This document shows, in pieces, positions 8,239 to 16,607 of a DNA stretch of 56,978 nt. This DNA comes from a virus (Duplodnaviria > Caudoviricetes), in IMG/VR virus record IMGVR_UViG_3300003279_000006, positions 1 through 56,978 of that record; one strand, given 5' to 3'. Numbering within the stretch: the stretch's first letter is position 1; each line of letters starts with the position of its first letter. Below the pieces are notes generated by a model. That model did no database searches, was not told the DNA's origin, and worked only from the letters and a program-made list of their open reading frames with translations. The translations under genes were made by a program, and so were the position numbers.

Positions 8239-9659
8239 GCGAGGCACTTGCCGTTCTGCTGCCGCTGGGGCAGCAACAGTTCTTTGATGCGAATGGGAAT
8301 CCGCTGAGCGGCGGCAGCGTGACGTTCTACGTCCCGAACACGATGACGCTGAAGAACACCTGGCAGGATGCTGGGCAGATCACACTGAATACCAATCCAG
8401 TGGTGCTGGACGCCTCCGGCTCGGCGACGATATACGGGAGCGGGGACTACGTTCAGGTCGTCCGGGATATTGACGGAACAGTCCAGTGGACGAAGGCGAC
8501 CAGTTCGAGCATTATTTTCCCCACGATCGAGCAGTTGGGTGGGGCTCAGCTGGATGGGAACAACATCTGGACGGGGTTTAACCAGTTCAACGCCCCCGTG
8601 ACCATTTATGGGGCGGCATTGAACTGGTCCGAGGCCCCGACGATCGCGAGTGCGGCAGAGATCAATCTGCAAGAAATGCCTGGGAATAAGGGGTCGCTGA
8701 CCCTGGGAACCCCGGATGCGATCAGCAGTGTAATTCTGAACCAGGGTGCGATTAGGTTCATGCGGTTTTTGACTCCGATCAGCCTGACGGCAGGACCACT
8801 TTTTGTGATGCCAACGGGACTGACAGCGGCAGAAGCTGGGGACTGTTGCATTTTTGAGGGTGAGGCCGGAGGCCGGGTGAGAATCTCGATCTATCAGCGG
8901 GCGAATGGCGGTCCGGTGAATCAGGCCAGCCCGTCGGGAAGTGCGTCCAGCTCGATTTCGGGGAACTCAAGAGGGCTCAAGATCGTGGCTTCGCCGGGAG
9001 TGGGCACCGGGACGGTCACTTGCGAGGCGATTACGCTGCGAAGCGTGGCGGGGTTGTTCGCGACGGGACGAAATCTGTCCATGACATTTAACTCCGGCTC
9101 TGTCGGGGTGAATGGGCTGGAGTCGGGGACTGTGGCGGCGGACACTTGGTATGCTGTGATGGTGATTAGCAACGGGACCGGGACTTTCGGGACCTTGCTG
9201 TGCCTGGACCCAAATACCCCGATCTTGCCAACTGGCTATACGTTGTTCACCCGGGTTGGGTGGGTCCGGACGAGTGCGACGCCTGCGGCGTTCTATGGGT
9301 CTCGGCAGAGCGGGCAGATCGCCCGCTGGATGGTGGACGGCACGACGCTGACGAGCCTCCCGACGATTCTGGGAGCGTCCCAGGGTGATGTGGACGTGCC
9401 TGACTGGGTCGAGATCGACATCGAGGATGTCGTCCCGCCGACGGGGGTGAGTATCGCTGTGGTGGTTTACTCGGACAACAGTGGTGGGGCGATTGTCGCG
9501 CCGAATGATAACTACGGCGCGATTGATGATGGGACGAATCCTCCAATTGTCGGGATTGACCGAGTGGTAATGGCGGAGCTTCTACTGGAGACCTTCTCAA
9601 TCTTCGGGGCAACGGAATCTGGAGCGGGGATTTTTGCCTACGGCTGGACGGATACCTGA
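8235..9659 (+). CDS. tailspike/tail fibre with P22-type particle-binding N-terminal domain
   Basis: QQFFDANGNPLSGGSVTFY...TWQD...NTNPVVLDASG; beta-rich fibre-type C-terminus (DTWYAV, LPTGYT, RVGW). Confidence 0.8.
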   Translation: MSEALAVLLPLGQQQFFDANGNPLSGGSVTFYVPNTMTLKNTWQDAGQITLNTNPVVLDASGSATIYGSGDYVQVVRDIDGTVQWTKATSSSIIFPTIEQLGGAQLDGNNIWTGFNQFNAPVTIYGAALNWSEAPTIASAAEINLQEMPGNKGSLTLGTPDAISSVILNQGAIRFMRFLTPISLTAGPLFVMPTGLTAAEAGDCCIFEGEAGGRVRISIYQRANGGPVNQASPSGSASSSISGNSRGLKIVASPGVGTGTVTCEAITLRSVAGLFATGRNLSMTFNSGSVGVNGLESGTVAADTWYAVMVISNGTGTFGTLLCLDPNTPILPTGYTLFTRVGWVRTSATPAAFYGSRQSGQIARWMVDGTTLTSLPTILGASQGDVDVPDWVEIDIEDVVPPTGVSIAVVVYSDNSGGAIVAPNDNYGAIDDGTNPPIVGIDRVVMAELLLETFSIFGATESGAGIFAYGWTDT

Positions 9660-9677
9660 CCGGACGAGGTCTGGGCT

Positions 9678-10151
9678 GTGTCCCATCGAGTGGTGAAAGA
9701 GCTGGAATGGGCTCAGAAGGCGGAACGCCCGCCTGGAATGCCGATTGGCCGGCCGAGGGGAGCAAAAGCAGTCGGGGTGAGGTATGAGAAAGCTCTGGCG
9801 AAAGCCCTGCCCGGGATGGTGCATGGTCAGTGGTGGAATTTCCGGGACCGGAATGGGAACGGGTATTGCCAGACGGACTTCGTCCTCGACCGGGAGGATT
9901 TTGCCCTGGTGCTGGAGGCGAAATATACCTGGGTGCTTGCAGGCCACACACAGTTGCGAGACCTTTACATCCCGGTGGTCGGAAGGGCGCTGGCAAAGCC
10001 GGTGTTCGGGATTGTGGTTTGTAGGAATTTGATCCCTGGAATGCCGGACGTTGTCCGAGTGACGGATAGCCAGACCGAGGCGGCGAGGCTCGCGTCCCAG
10101 AGGGAATATGTGGTGTTGCACTGGAGTAGGTTGGGTGGGATGGGGGCGTGA
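9678..10151 (+). CDS. PD-(D/E)XK nuclease-like protein
   Basis: GVRYE...QTDFV...VLEAK...QL..LY motif spacing. Confidence 0.6.
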   Translation: MSHRVVKELEWAQKAERPPGMPIGRPRGAKAVGVRYEKALAKALPGMVHGQWWNFRDRNGNGYCQTDFVLDREDFALVLEAKYTWVLAGHTQLRDLYIPVVGRALAKPVFGIVVCRNLIPGMPDVVRVTDSQTEAARLASQREYVVLHWSRLGGMGA

Positions 10152-10456
10152 GGCGGCCCCGCCCCGGTGGGCGCGAAGCACCCATTGCCCGTTGTCCGCG
10201 CGTTCAGCATTCTGTCTCCGTAGCAAGGGGAGGCGCGAAGCGCCATGACACGGCTGGGACGTGGGATTGCTGGGAGACTGACGGGTGGGCAAGAACTGCG
10301 GAGGCCGAAAGCTGGCCTGCCTGCGGCACAGGATGAGAACGTCGCTGCTGCTGCGACGGCCCCAGCAGGGGGGCTGACACCCCGATTCCCGGAGCCGAAC
10401 AAATCCGCCCTGGCGGATGCGACCGCCGAGTTGCGTAAACAACACCCAAGGGGAGC

Positions 10457-10726
10457 TTGACCATGGCGAAGAACGCTCGACCGAGCGACACCGCAGCGAT
10501 CACGGCCCGCCCGATGCGGGCGGGGACGGACCAGTCGGTTTCGATCAGGAAGATCGACAATGGGTATCTGGTCCGGGAGTCGAGCTCGAACGACCGGACG
10601 GGGGAATACAAGTCCAGCGAGCATTTCTCCGCCACACTGCCGGTGGTTCCGACGCTCGAGCGTCGGGAAGAGGCAAGCGAAAGCTCGCTTCGCGAAGCGG
10701 TTGAGTATATGAAGGGGGACTGCTGA
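10457..10726 (+). CDS. hypothetical protein
   Basis: GGGGAG RBS; SVSIRKIDNGYLV beta hairpin. Confidence 0.7.
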   Translation: MTMAKNARPSDTAAITARPMRAGTDQSVSIRKIDNGYLVRESSSNDRTGEYKSSEHFSATLPVVPTLERREEASESSLREAVEYMKGDC

Positions 10727-11007
10727 TGTCCGATCGGATCGGGAGTCCGGCGCCCTGGGTTCGGAACAATGATCCGAATGTTGGGCCGAGTCTGTCGGCA
10801 GAGCAAATCGTTGATGATGTCGCGATTGAGGCGGGAAGGGCGATCTTGGTCAATTGCACCGGCACTGGGACGTTCATCTACACCCTGGTGAACGGCGGAA
10901 CGATCACGTTGAACCTCACCGCTGGGAATATTTACGAGTTCAACGACGCGGTGGTGGGAGTGAGTTCCTCCGGGACGGCGACCTACACGGCCTGGAACAA
11001 ATATTGA
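10726..11007 (+). CDS. small beta-rich virion protein
   Basis: Thr/Gly/Val-rich; TGATG coupling. Confidence 0.65.
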   Translation: MSDRIGSPAPWVRNNDPNVGPSLSAEQIVDDVAIEAGRAILVNCTGTGTFIYTLVNGGTITLNLTAGNIYEFNDAVVGVSSSGTATYTAWNKY

Positions 11008-11183
11008 TGGCTGGAGTGCTGGTCAAACGAGGCGGGCCGGGGCATCACGCCAGGGGTGGACCAGGAACCGGCGGAGTGGTGGCGGAAGCTGGCAGCGCCC
11101 CGCCCCCTTCCGATAATGCCAGGATCACCAGTGATGGCAACACTCGAGTCACGTCGTCCGGCGATACTCGGGTTGTGAGCTAA
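11007..11183 (+). CDS. small virion protein with RxTxxGxxR repeats
   Basis: ARITSDGNTRVTSSGDTRVVS C-terminus. Confidence 0.6.
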   Translation: MAGVLVKRGGPGHHARGGPGTGGVVAEAGSAPPPSDNARITSDGNTRVTSSGDTRVVS

Positions 11184-11343
11184 ACGGGAGGAATGTCTTG
11201 TGCATAGCTGCGGGAATGCGAATTGTTGCGCGTGCCGGGTCTTGCCCTTTGTTGCGGCCCAGCTGCAAGCGCTGGCGGGTCTGCTTGGCACTCTGTGCCA
11301 AGGAACGGACGAACTGGTTTTCACCCAAGAAGGAGAGACTGTG

Positions 11344-11643
11344 ATGAGTGTTGCGATTCCGGCCAATTCGGACAATGTCGCGGTGGTGCTGAAGGCGCTG
11401 CGGAACGGGAGTCCGTTCCCGCTCCCGGCCGATACGGTGGTGCAGTCGAGTGATTCGACCAAGGCCACGGTGGGGTTTGATCTGGCCTCGGGGCTCGTGA
11501 CCGTGACTCGGGTGGGTTTCGCCGCGAGCACGGTGGTCATCACCGCGCTGGGTGGTGGCCTGACGGCTCAGATGGAAGTCAACATCGCGGAGGCGGTGGC
11601 GACGGAGCTGGTGTTCGACGAGTCCACGGCGGTCAACTCGTAA
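11344..11643 (+). CDS. Ig-like domain protein A (in-frame upstream GTG at 11200 possible)
   Basis: LKALRNGSPFPLPADTVVQSSD..ATV..GLVT; AAGGAG RBS; paralog of the next gene. Confidence 0.65.
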   Translation: MSVAIPANSDNVAVVLKALRNGSPFPLPADTVVQSSDSTKATVGFDLASGLVTVTRVGFAASTVVITALGGGLTAQMEVNIAEAVATELVFDESTAVNS

Positions 11644-11731
11644 GGGGCGAAGTCCCGTCGTGGGTTGGTGGGCGAGGCGGCTGGTGCGCCGCCTCCTCCG
11701 CCTCCTCCGCTGGTTGATTGGGAGAACTGAA

Positions 11732-12058
11732 GTGTCCGTGTCCATTCCGTTTGGGTTTCAGGCAGTGACGGTGGAACTGAAGGCCAAGCGCAATGGACAG
11801 TCATTTCCACTTCCCGCGGGAATTGTGGTCAGTTCCTCGAATCCAGGGGAACTGGCGGTAGCACTAAATCCAGACGGAACCGTGACGGCCACGCGGAGTG
11901 CTGGAGCGAACGGGCCTTATCAAATAGCTGCAACAGCCTCCGGACTTATCGCTGGAATGACCGTCGATGTGCAGAGTGGGAGCAACTCTGCACGGAGGGC
12001 AACATCTGCTGGTGACATTCGATCAACCTCTGCGGGTGACACCCGCATAGTGGAGTAA
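11732..12058 (+). CDS. Ig-like domain protein B with RxTSAGD tail
   Basis: LKAKRNGQSFPLPAGIVVSSSNP..DGTVTA; GGAG RBS. Confidence 0.65.
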   Translation: MSVSIPFGFQAVTVELKAKRNGQSFPLPAGIVVSSSNPGELAVALNPDGTVTATRSAGANGPYQIAATASGLIAGMTVDVQSGSNSARRATSAGDIRSTSAGDTRIVE

Positions 12059-12063
12059 TCAAG

Positions 12064-12864
12064 ATGGCCGATGCGACAATTCCGGACCTTGATCCGATTG
12101 CGACGGCAGAGCCGACGGACCTGATCGAAGTCTGGCAGGACGGACTCCCCGCTGGGAATGAAAGCGGGAAGGAGACGCTGGCACAGGCGGTGCTGGCGGG
12201 GACGCGAGGCTCTGGGGACGATAACCCGGTCCAACTCGGGGTGGACGCAGATGCTGGCGGAGACTCTTCCGTCGCGGTTGGATATGGAGCAAAGGCGACC
12301 AACAGCGACACCGTTGCGGTCGGGCATGGGGCCGTGGCCGGGGCGGGAAGTGCCATCGCTATCGGTGCCGCCGCCAACGCTTCCGGCGCTGTAGGAATTG
12401 CCATTGGCAATTCGTCTGTTGCGGCGAGCGGTTCGACTGCGATCGGGTCTGTGGCAAATGCTTCTGGTGAGCAGGCAACCGCTGTCGGTTATGGAGCCAA
12501 CGCGACCGGGACGGGATCGGTAGCTTTTGGACAAGGTGCCACTGCCAGTATTGGGTTGTCTGTCGCCGTGGGTATCGGAGCTATTGCTTCAGATGCTTAC
12601 GCTGTTTCAATGGGGGCCGGGGCGCAAGCCACTGCAACGGCGTCCTTGGCGCTGGGGACAGGTGCCGTAGCATCTGGTGTCGGTTCTGTCGCTTTGGGTT
12701 TCGGCGCGAATGCGTCCGCGTCGGCGACCATCGCACTCCCCTTTGGGGACGCGGGGGACATTCTAGTTTGCGCTGGGGCCGGTGTTTTTTCTGTTCTGAC
12801 AAAAGGAACGGATGGCGACGTTCTTACGATGGTCGCTGGTGCCCCAGCGTGGGCTGCTCCATAA
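12064..12864 (+). CDS. fibre protein with YadA-head (Hep/Hag) 14-residue repeats
   Basis: About 11 repeats of type SVAVGxGAxA; fibre-type C-terminus GTDGDVLTMVAGAPAW. Confidence 0.85.
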   Translation: MADATIPDLDPIATAEPTDLIEVWQDGLPAGNESGKETLAQAVLAGTRGSGDDNPVQLGVDADAGGDSSVAVGYGAKATNSDTVAVGHGAVAGAGSAIAIGAAANASGAVGIAIGNSSVAASGSTAIGSVANASGEQATAVGYGANATGTGSVAFGQGATASIGLSVAVGIGAIASDAYAVSMGAGAQATATASLALGTGAVASGVGSVALGFGANASASATIALPFGDAGDILVCAGAGVFSVLTKGTDGDVLTMVAGAPAWAAP

Positions 12865-12875
12865 GGGAAAGAGCA

Positions 12876-13211
12876 ATGGCACAAGAGATTCTGACAGAAA
12901 ACGGCACGGAACTGAAGATCAGCGAAATGCCAATATTGCCGATTTCCGTTCTTGCGGATTTCGGTTCGGCAAGTTTTCCGGTCATCAGCACTGAACCTGA
13001 CAATTACAGGGTAACAGGTGAGATGATTTTTGCGGCTGTAGGTGCCATGTTGGCAGAGCCGGGTGCGCTAACGTCGCTGCTGAATGCAGCTTTTGGGACA
13101 ACTCCTGGGCAAATCCTTTACTGCGATACAGGTGGCAATTGGGTGACGCTGCCTCCCGGCCCGGAGTTGTCCAACTTGCAGATCGTCAACGGCATTCCGA
13201 CTTGGGCCTGA
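12876..13211 (+). CDS. short fibre-associated protein
   Basis: ILTENG/KISEMP N-terminus; C-terminus GQILY..LPPG..L..VNGIPTW like the preceding gene. Confidence 0.65.
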   Translation: MAQEILTENGTELKISEMPILPISVLADFGSASFPVISTEPDNYRVTGEMIFAAVGAMLAEPGALTSLLNAAFGTTPGQILYCDTGGNWVTLPPGPELSNLQIVNGIPTWA

Positions 13212-13232
13212 CCATTTGATTTGTCCTGGTGA

Positions 13233-13529
13233 TTGTTCCGTGGAGGAGTCGAGAAGTTGTCAATCCCGCCGGGTGGGGAGCAAAGGCTGCGTGAAATCGT
13301 CCGGGAGGAAATTGCAAGCAGCCGAATTCTCGACCACGAAGACACGGTTCGGACTATGCTCTGGGCGAATGACGCTCGGAAAGCCGAGGCCGAACGGAGT
13401 GAAAAACGCCGGACCAGTCTTGCTGGGTTGGGTTGGGGAATTGCTGGGACGCTCGGAACAACTGTCCTTGGGTGGATTACAGGAGCGGTGCCGTGGTTGA
13501 TCGAACGGCTGGGTTCTGGCCACAAATGA
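13233..13529 (+). CDS. coiled coil plus C-terminal TM protein (holin-like)
   Basis: Charged N-terminal part, then LAGLGWGIAGTLGTTVLGWITGAVPWLI. Confidence 0.6.
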   Translation: MFRGGVEKLSIPPGGEQRLREIVREEIASSRILDHEDTVRTMLWANDARKAEAERSEKRRTSLAGLGWGIAGTLGTTVLGWITGAVPWLIERLGSGHK

Positions 13530-13753
13530 AGATTGGTGAATGTGCGAGGAAGAGGCCGATTAGGTTTGGGGCGGCGTTTGGCCTCGGGGCAGTGCTTGGA
13601 CTGGGTCTGGGGATTTGCTTTATTGAGCTGGCGTGTTCGGACAATGTGGTGGTGGGCCGAGGTTGGTGGGACGCTGTCGCCGCTTGTGCGAAGACCGTGA
13701 TCGGGCAACTTGCATCCGCCCGGGGATGGACGGAATACTATCTCGGGTCCTAG
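13526..13753 (+). CDS. small membrane protein
   Basis: ATGA coupling; hydrophobic segment FGAAFGLGAVLGLGLGICFI. Confidence 0.5.
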   Translation: MKIGECARKRPIRFGAAFGLGAVLGLGLGICFIELACSDNVVVGRGWWDAVAACAKTVIGQLASARGWTEYYLGS

Positions 13754-13824
13754 ACTCCCGAGAGTGCTTGACGTGCCGGTAGTAGGGGCATGGTGCCCCT
13801 GCTTTGCGAAGCAAAGGAACTGAA

Positions 13825-15123
13825 ATGATCCGCAACAAGAGGCTGCCGCGCGGCGGTCGACTGGCCCTGCTAACGGCTTCTGCCGTTGTGGGCCTGAGTG
13901 CAGCGGCGCTCGCCGCAGGGTTCTTCACCAATGGTCTGCCGCAGGCCGGGCAGAGCCCGTATACGTTCACCATTCCGCTGACGGGGGCAGAGTTGATCCC
14001 GGCGGATACCCAGCTCCCGGGTGGGATGTCCCCGCAGTCCGAGGCGATCAGCACCCTGCAACTCGCGAACTACGCGGCCTCGATCGGCGCGAACGGGCCG
14101 AACGCCCTGGTGAACGGGGACATGAGCCAGTGGCAGCGCGGCACCAGCACGAGTGGGGACATCGCGAATGTCCTGACGTATTGGGCCGATCGCTGGGCCA
14201 ATCTCGGTGGAGCGAGCAGCGCCATCAACGTGTCCCGGCAGGCGAGCACCCAGGCGGGGTTCACGTATGCGCTACGCTTCGCGAGAAAGGCCGCGAACGC
14301 CGACACCGCCGCGATCTGCACGGCCCAGGTGCTGGAGTCCGCGGACAGCGTCCGGTTCCAGGGGCAGAAGGCGGAGTTCACGCTCTACGCCAAGGCCGGA
14401 GCGACGTTCTCGGCAGCGAGCTCGATTGCCACCGTGACCATCGCGACTGGCACCGGCACCGACGGGACGACCGCGAACTTCCTGGCCGGATCGTGGACCG
14501 GGTATGCCGCCGCGATCAGCCAGCCGATCACGCTGACCACGACGATGCAGCGGTTTGCTTTGCAGACGACCATTCCGGCGACCGCCGTCCAGATCGGGGT
14601 GAAAATCTGCTACACTCCGGTCGGAACCGCCGGGGCGACGGACCATCTGGAGTTCACGGGGGCGCAGCTCGCGGTGAACCCCGGGGCGACGAGTGGATAC
14701 TATGGTCTTGCATCTGGCACCATGCCGCTGGCCTTTGGCTACCGCCCGTTCAGCACCGAACTCCGGATGGCCCAGAGGTATTACTGGAACATCACCGAGC
14801 CGGCGGCGACTGTGATGGTTGGGGCGAGTGGCCAGGGCGCGACGACCACGACCTGCCAGATCGCCATTGCGAATCCCGTCTCGATGCGGGTAGCGCCGAC
14901 GCTGGCATTCTCGGGCACGGCGCTGACGACGACCACCTGGACCGTCACCCATGTCGCGACGGCGACAGCCCTGGCGACGCCGTTCCTGGCGGTGCTCGGG
15001 GCCAACACGGTGGATCAGATCAACATGACGGCGACGGTGGCGAGTGGACTCACCGTCGGGCAGACCTGTGTGCTGACCGGCGCAGGGGGTGGGAGCATCC
15101 TCGGTGCCACGGCGGATTTGTAA
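13825..15123 (+). CDS. carbohydrate-binding-type fibre/adhesin protein with signal-peptide-like N-terminus
   Basis: NALVNGDMSQWQRGTS..ADRW..GAQL..YRP..EL..QRYY..PVSMRVAPT pattern; Thr/Ala-rich. Confidence 0.7.
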   Translation: MIRNKRLPRGGRLALLTASAVVGLSAAALAAGFFTNGLPQAGQSPYTFTIPLTGAELIPADTQLPGGMSPQSEAISTLQLANYAASIGANGPNALVNGDMSQWQRGTSTSGDIANVLTYWADRWANLGGASSAINVSRQASTQAGFTYALRFARKAANADTAAICTAQVLESADSVRFQGQKAEFTLYAKAGATFSAASSIATVTIATGTGTDGTTANFLAGSWTGYAAAISQPITLTTTMQRFALQTTIPATAVQIGVKICYTPVGTAGATDHLEFTGAQLAVNPGATSGYYGLASGTMPLAFGYRPFSTELRMAQRYYWNITEPAATVMVGASGQGATTTTCQIAIANPVSMRVAPTLAFSGTALTTTTWTVTHVATATALATPFLAVLGANTVDQINMTATVASGLTVGQTCVLTGAGGGSILGATADL

Positions 15124-15160
15124 CCCGCTGGGGCGGACTTCGCCCTGCCTTGACTGAACG

Positions 15161-15191
15161 GGGTGGGGAATCTGGGAGACCGGGTTCCCCA
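15161..15191 (+). terminator. strong RNA hairpin between the fibre gene and terL
   Basis: TGGGGAATCTGG-GAGA-CCGGGTTCCCCA with G-U pairs and a GNRA loop; weak U tract. Confidence 0.5.
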
Positions 15192-15226
15192 TCACTGTTT
15201 GGGAGGCGAAGCGTCCTGCGGCCCAT

Positions 15227-15241
15227 GTTCAACCGTTGACC
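15227..15241. promoter_or_regulatory. operator-like element copy 3, upstream of terL
   Basis: GTTCAACCGTTGACC followed by CCCACCATACC. Confidence 0.65.
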
Positions 15242-15266
15242 CTAACCCACCATACCCGGTCCCTTC

Positions 15267-16601
15267 ATGTCAGTCTCTGCCCAATTCCCTGAGAAGCTGC
15301 AATGCCTGTTCCAGCCGATGCGGACCAAGGTCCTTTATGGTGGAAGGGGTGCGGGGCGGAGCTGGGGCGTTGCCAGGGCGCTGTTGATCAAAGGGACTAT
15401 GAAGCCCCTCCGCATACTTTGCGTGCGCGAGCTACAGAATTCTCTATCCGAGTCAGTGCATAAGCTGCTCGATGATCAGGTCTCGAATTTGGAACTGTAT
15501 CAGTTTTATGATGTTCAGGTCGGGAAGATTGTGAGCAAGGGCATTCCGACTGGAGAGGGCACGAGCGACATCACGACCTTTGCCTTTGAGGGAATCAAAA
15601 ACAACACTGCGAAGATCAAGTCCTATGAGGGGATTGATATTTGCTGGGTCGAAGAAGCGAATAAGGTGAGTAAGTCGAGCTGGGAAATTCTGATCCCGAC
15701 GATTCGGAAGGCAGGATCGGAAATCTGGCTGACTTTCAATCCGGAACTGGAAACTGACTACACCTACAGGCGTTTCGTGAAGGAGGCGTCGCCAGACTCG
15801 TTCGTGGTCAAGATGACCTGGCGGGACAATCCGTGGTTCCCGGATGTGCTGATGAAAGAAATGCTTGATCTGCGCGAGCGCGACTATGATGCGTATTTGA
15901 ACGTCTGGGAAGGCAACTGCCGCCAGATGTTGGAAGGGGTGGTTTACGCGCTGGAGTTGCGTGCAGCCCAGTCCGAAGGTCGGATTACCCAGGTCCCGTG
16001 GCATCGGGAAACCCCGGTGGATACGTTTTGGGACCTGGGACGAGCCGACCAAACTGCGATTTGGTTCGCCCAACGGGTGGGAATGCAATACCGGGTGCTG
16101 GATTATTACGAGAACTCTGGGTTCGACATCCACCATTATTTGCAGGTTTGTCAGGGGAAACCCTACACTTACGGGGTGTTCCACCTCCCGTTTGATGCGA
16201 AGGCAAAGACTCTGGGTTCGAAACGCAGTATTGAGGAAATCGTCCGGGCCTCCGGCAAGACCGTCCGAATTGTGCCGAAGCTCTCTCGAACTGATGGAAT
16301 CAACGCCGCTAGGATTATCATGTCGAACTGTTGGTTCGACGAGAACAAGTGTGAAGAGGGGCTGAATCGGCTGAGGCACTACAAGTATGCGGTGCAGAAC
16401 GGCCAGGTGACTGGTGATCCTCTCCATGATGAGAACTCGAACGGGGCGGATGCCTTTCGGTATCTGGGGGTAGCCATGCGAGGGCCAAAAGCCCGCAGCC
16501 CCCTGGCGGAACGTCTGGCCGAGGGCCTCGCTCCGATCGCCGAGTTGTTTAAGGGGCGAAGCCCCAGGGGCGAAGCCCACGAACAAAGTTGGATGAGGTA
16601 A
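15267..16601 (+). CDS. terL: terminase large subunit (PBSX-type)
   Basis: YGGRGAGRS, CVRELQNS, WVEEA, LTFNP, WDLG, ADAFRY motifs. Confidence 0.95.
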   Translation: MSVSAQFPEKLQCLFQPMRTKVLYGGRGAGRSWGVARALLIKGTMKPLRILCVRELQNSLSESVHKLLDDQVSNLELYQFYDVQVGKIVSKGIPTGEGTSDITTFAFEGIKNNTAKIKSYEGIDICWVEEANKVSKSSWEILIPTIRKAGSEIWLTFNPELETDYTYRRFVKEASPDSFVVKMTWRDNPWFPDVLMKEMLDLRERDYDAYLNVWEGNCRQMLEGVVYALELRAAQSEGRITQVPWHRETPVDTFWDLGRADQTAIWFAQRVGMQYRVLDYYENSGFDIHHYLQVCQGKPYTYGVFHLPFDAKAKTLGSKRSIEEIVRASGKTVRIVPKLSRTDGINAARIIMSNCWFDENKCEEGLNRLRHYKYAVQNGQVTGDPLHDENSNGADAFRYLGVAMRGPKARSPLAERLAEGLAPIAELFKGRSPRGEAHEQSWMR

Positions 16602-16607
16602 GTCCAG

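Noticed and set aside
10278-10310. Hammerhead ribozyme core (CTGACGG...GAAA)
   Set aside because: Does not match the required CUGANGA, and the three stems could not be built
8235-15123. Diversity-generating retroelement or invertible tail-fibre cassette
   Set aside because: No reverse transcriptase or invertase, and no template/variable repeat pair was seen
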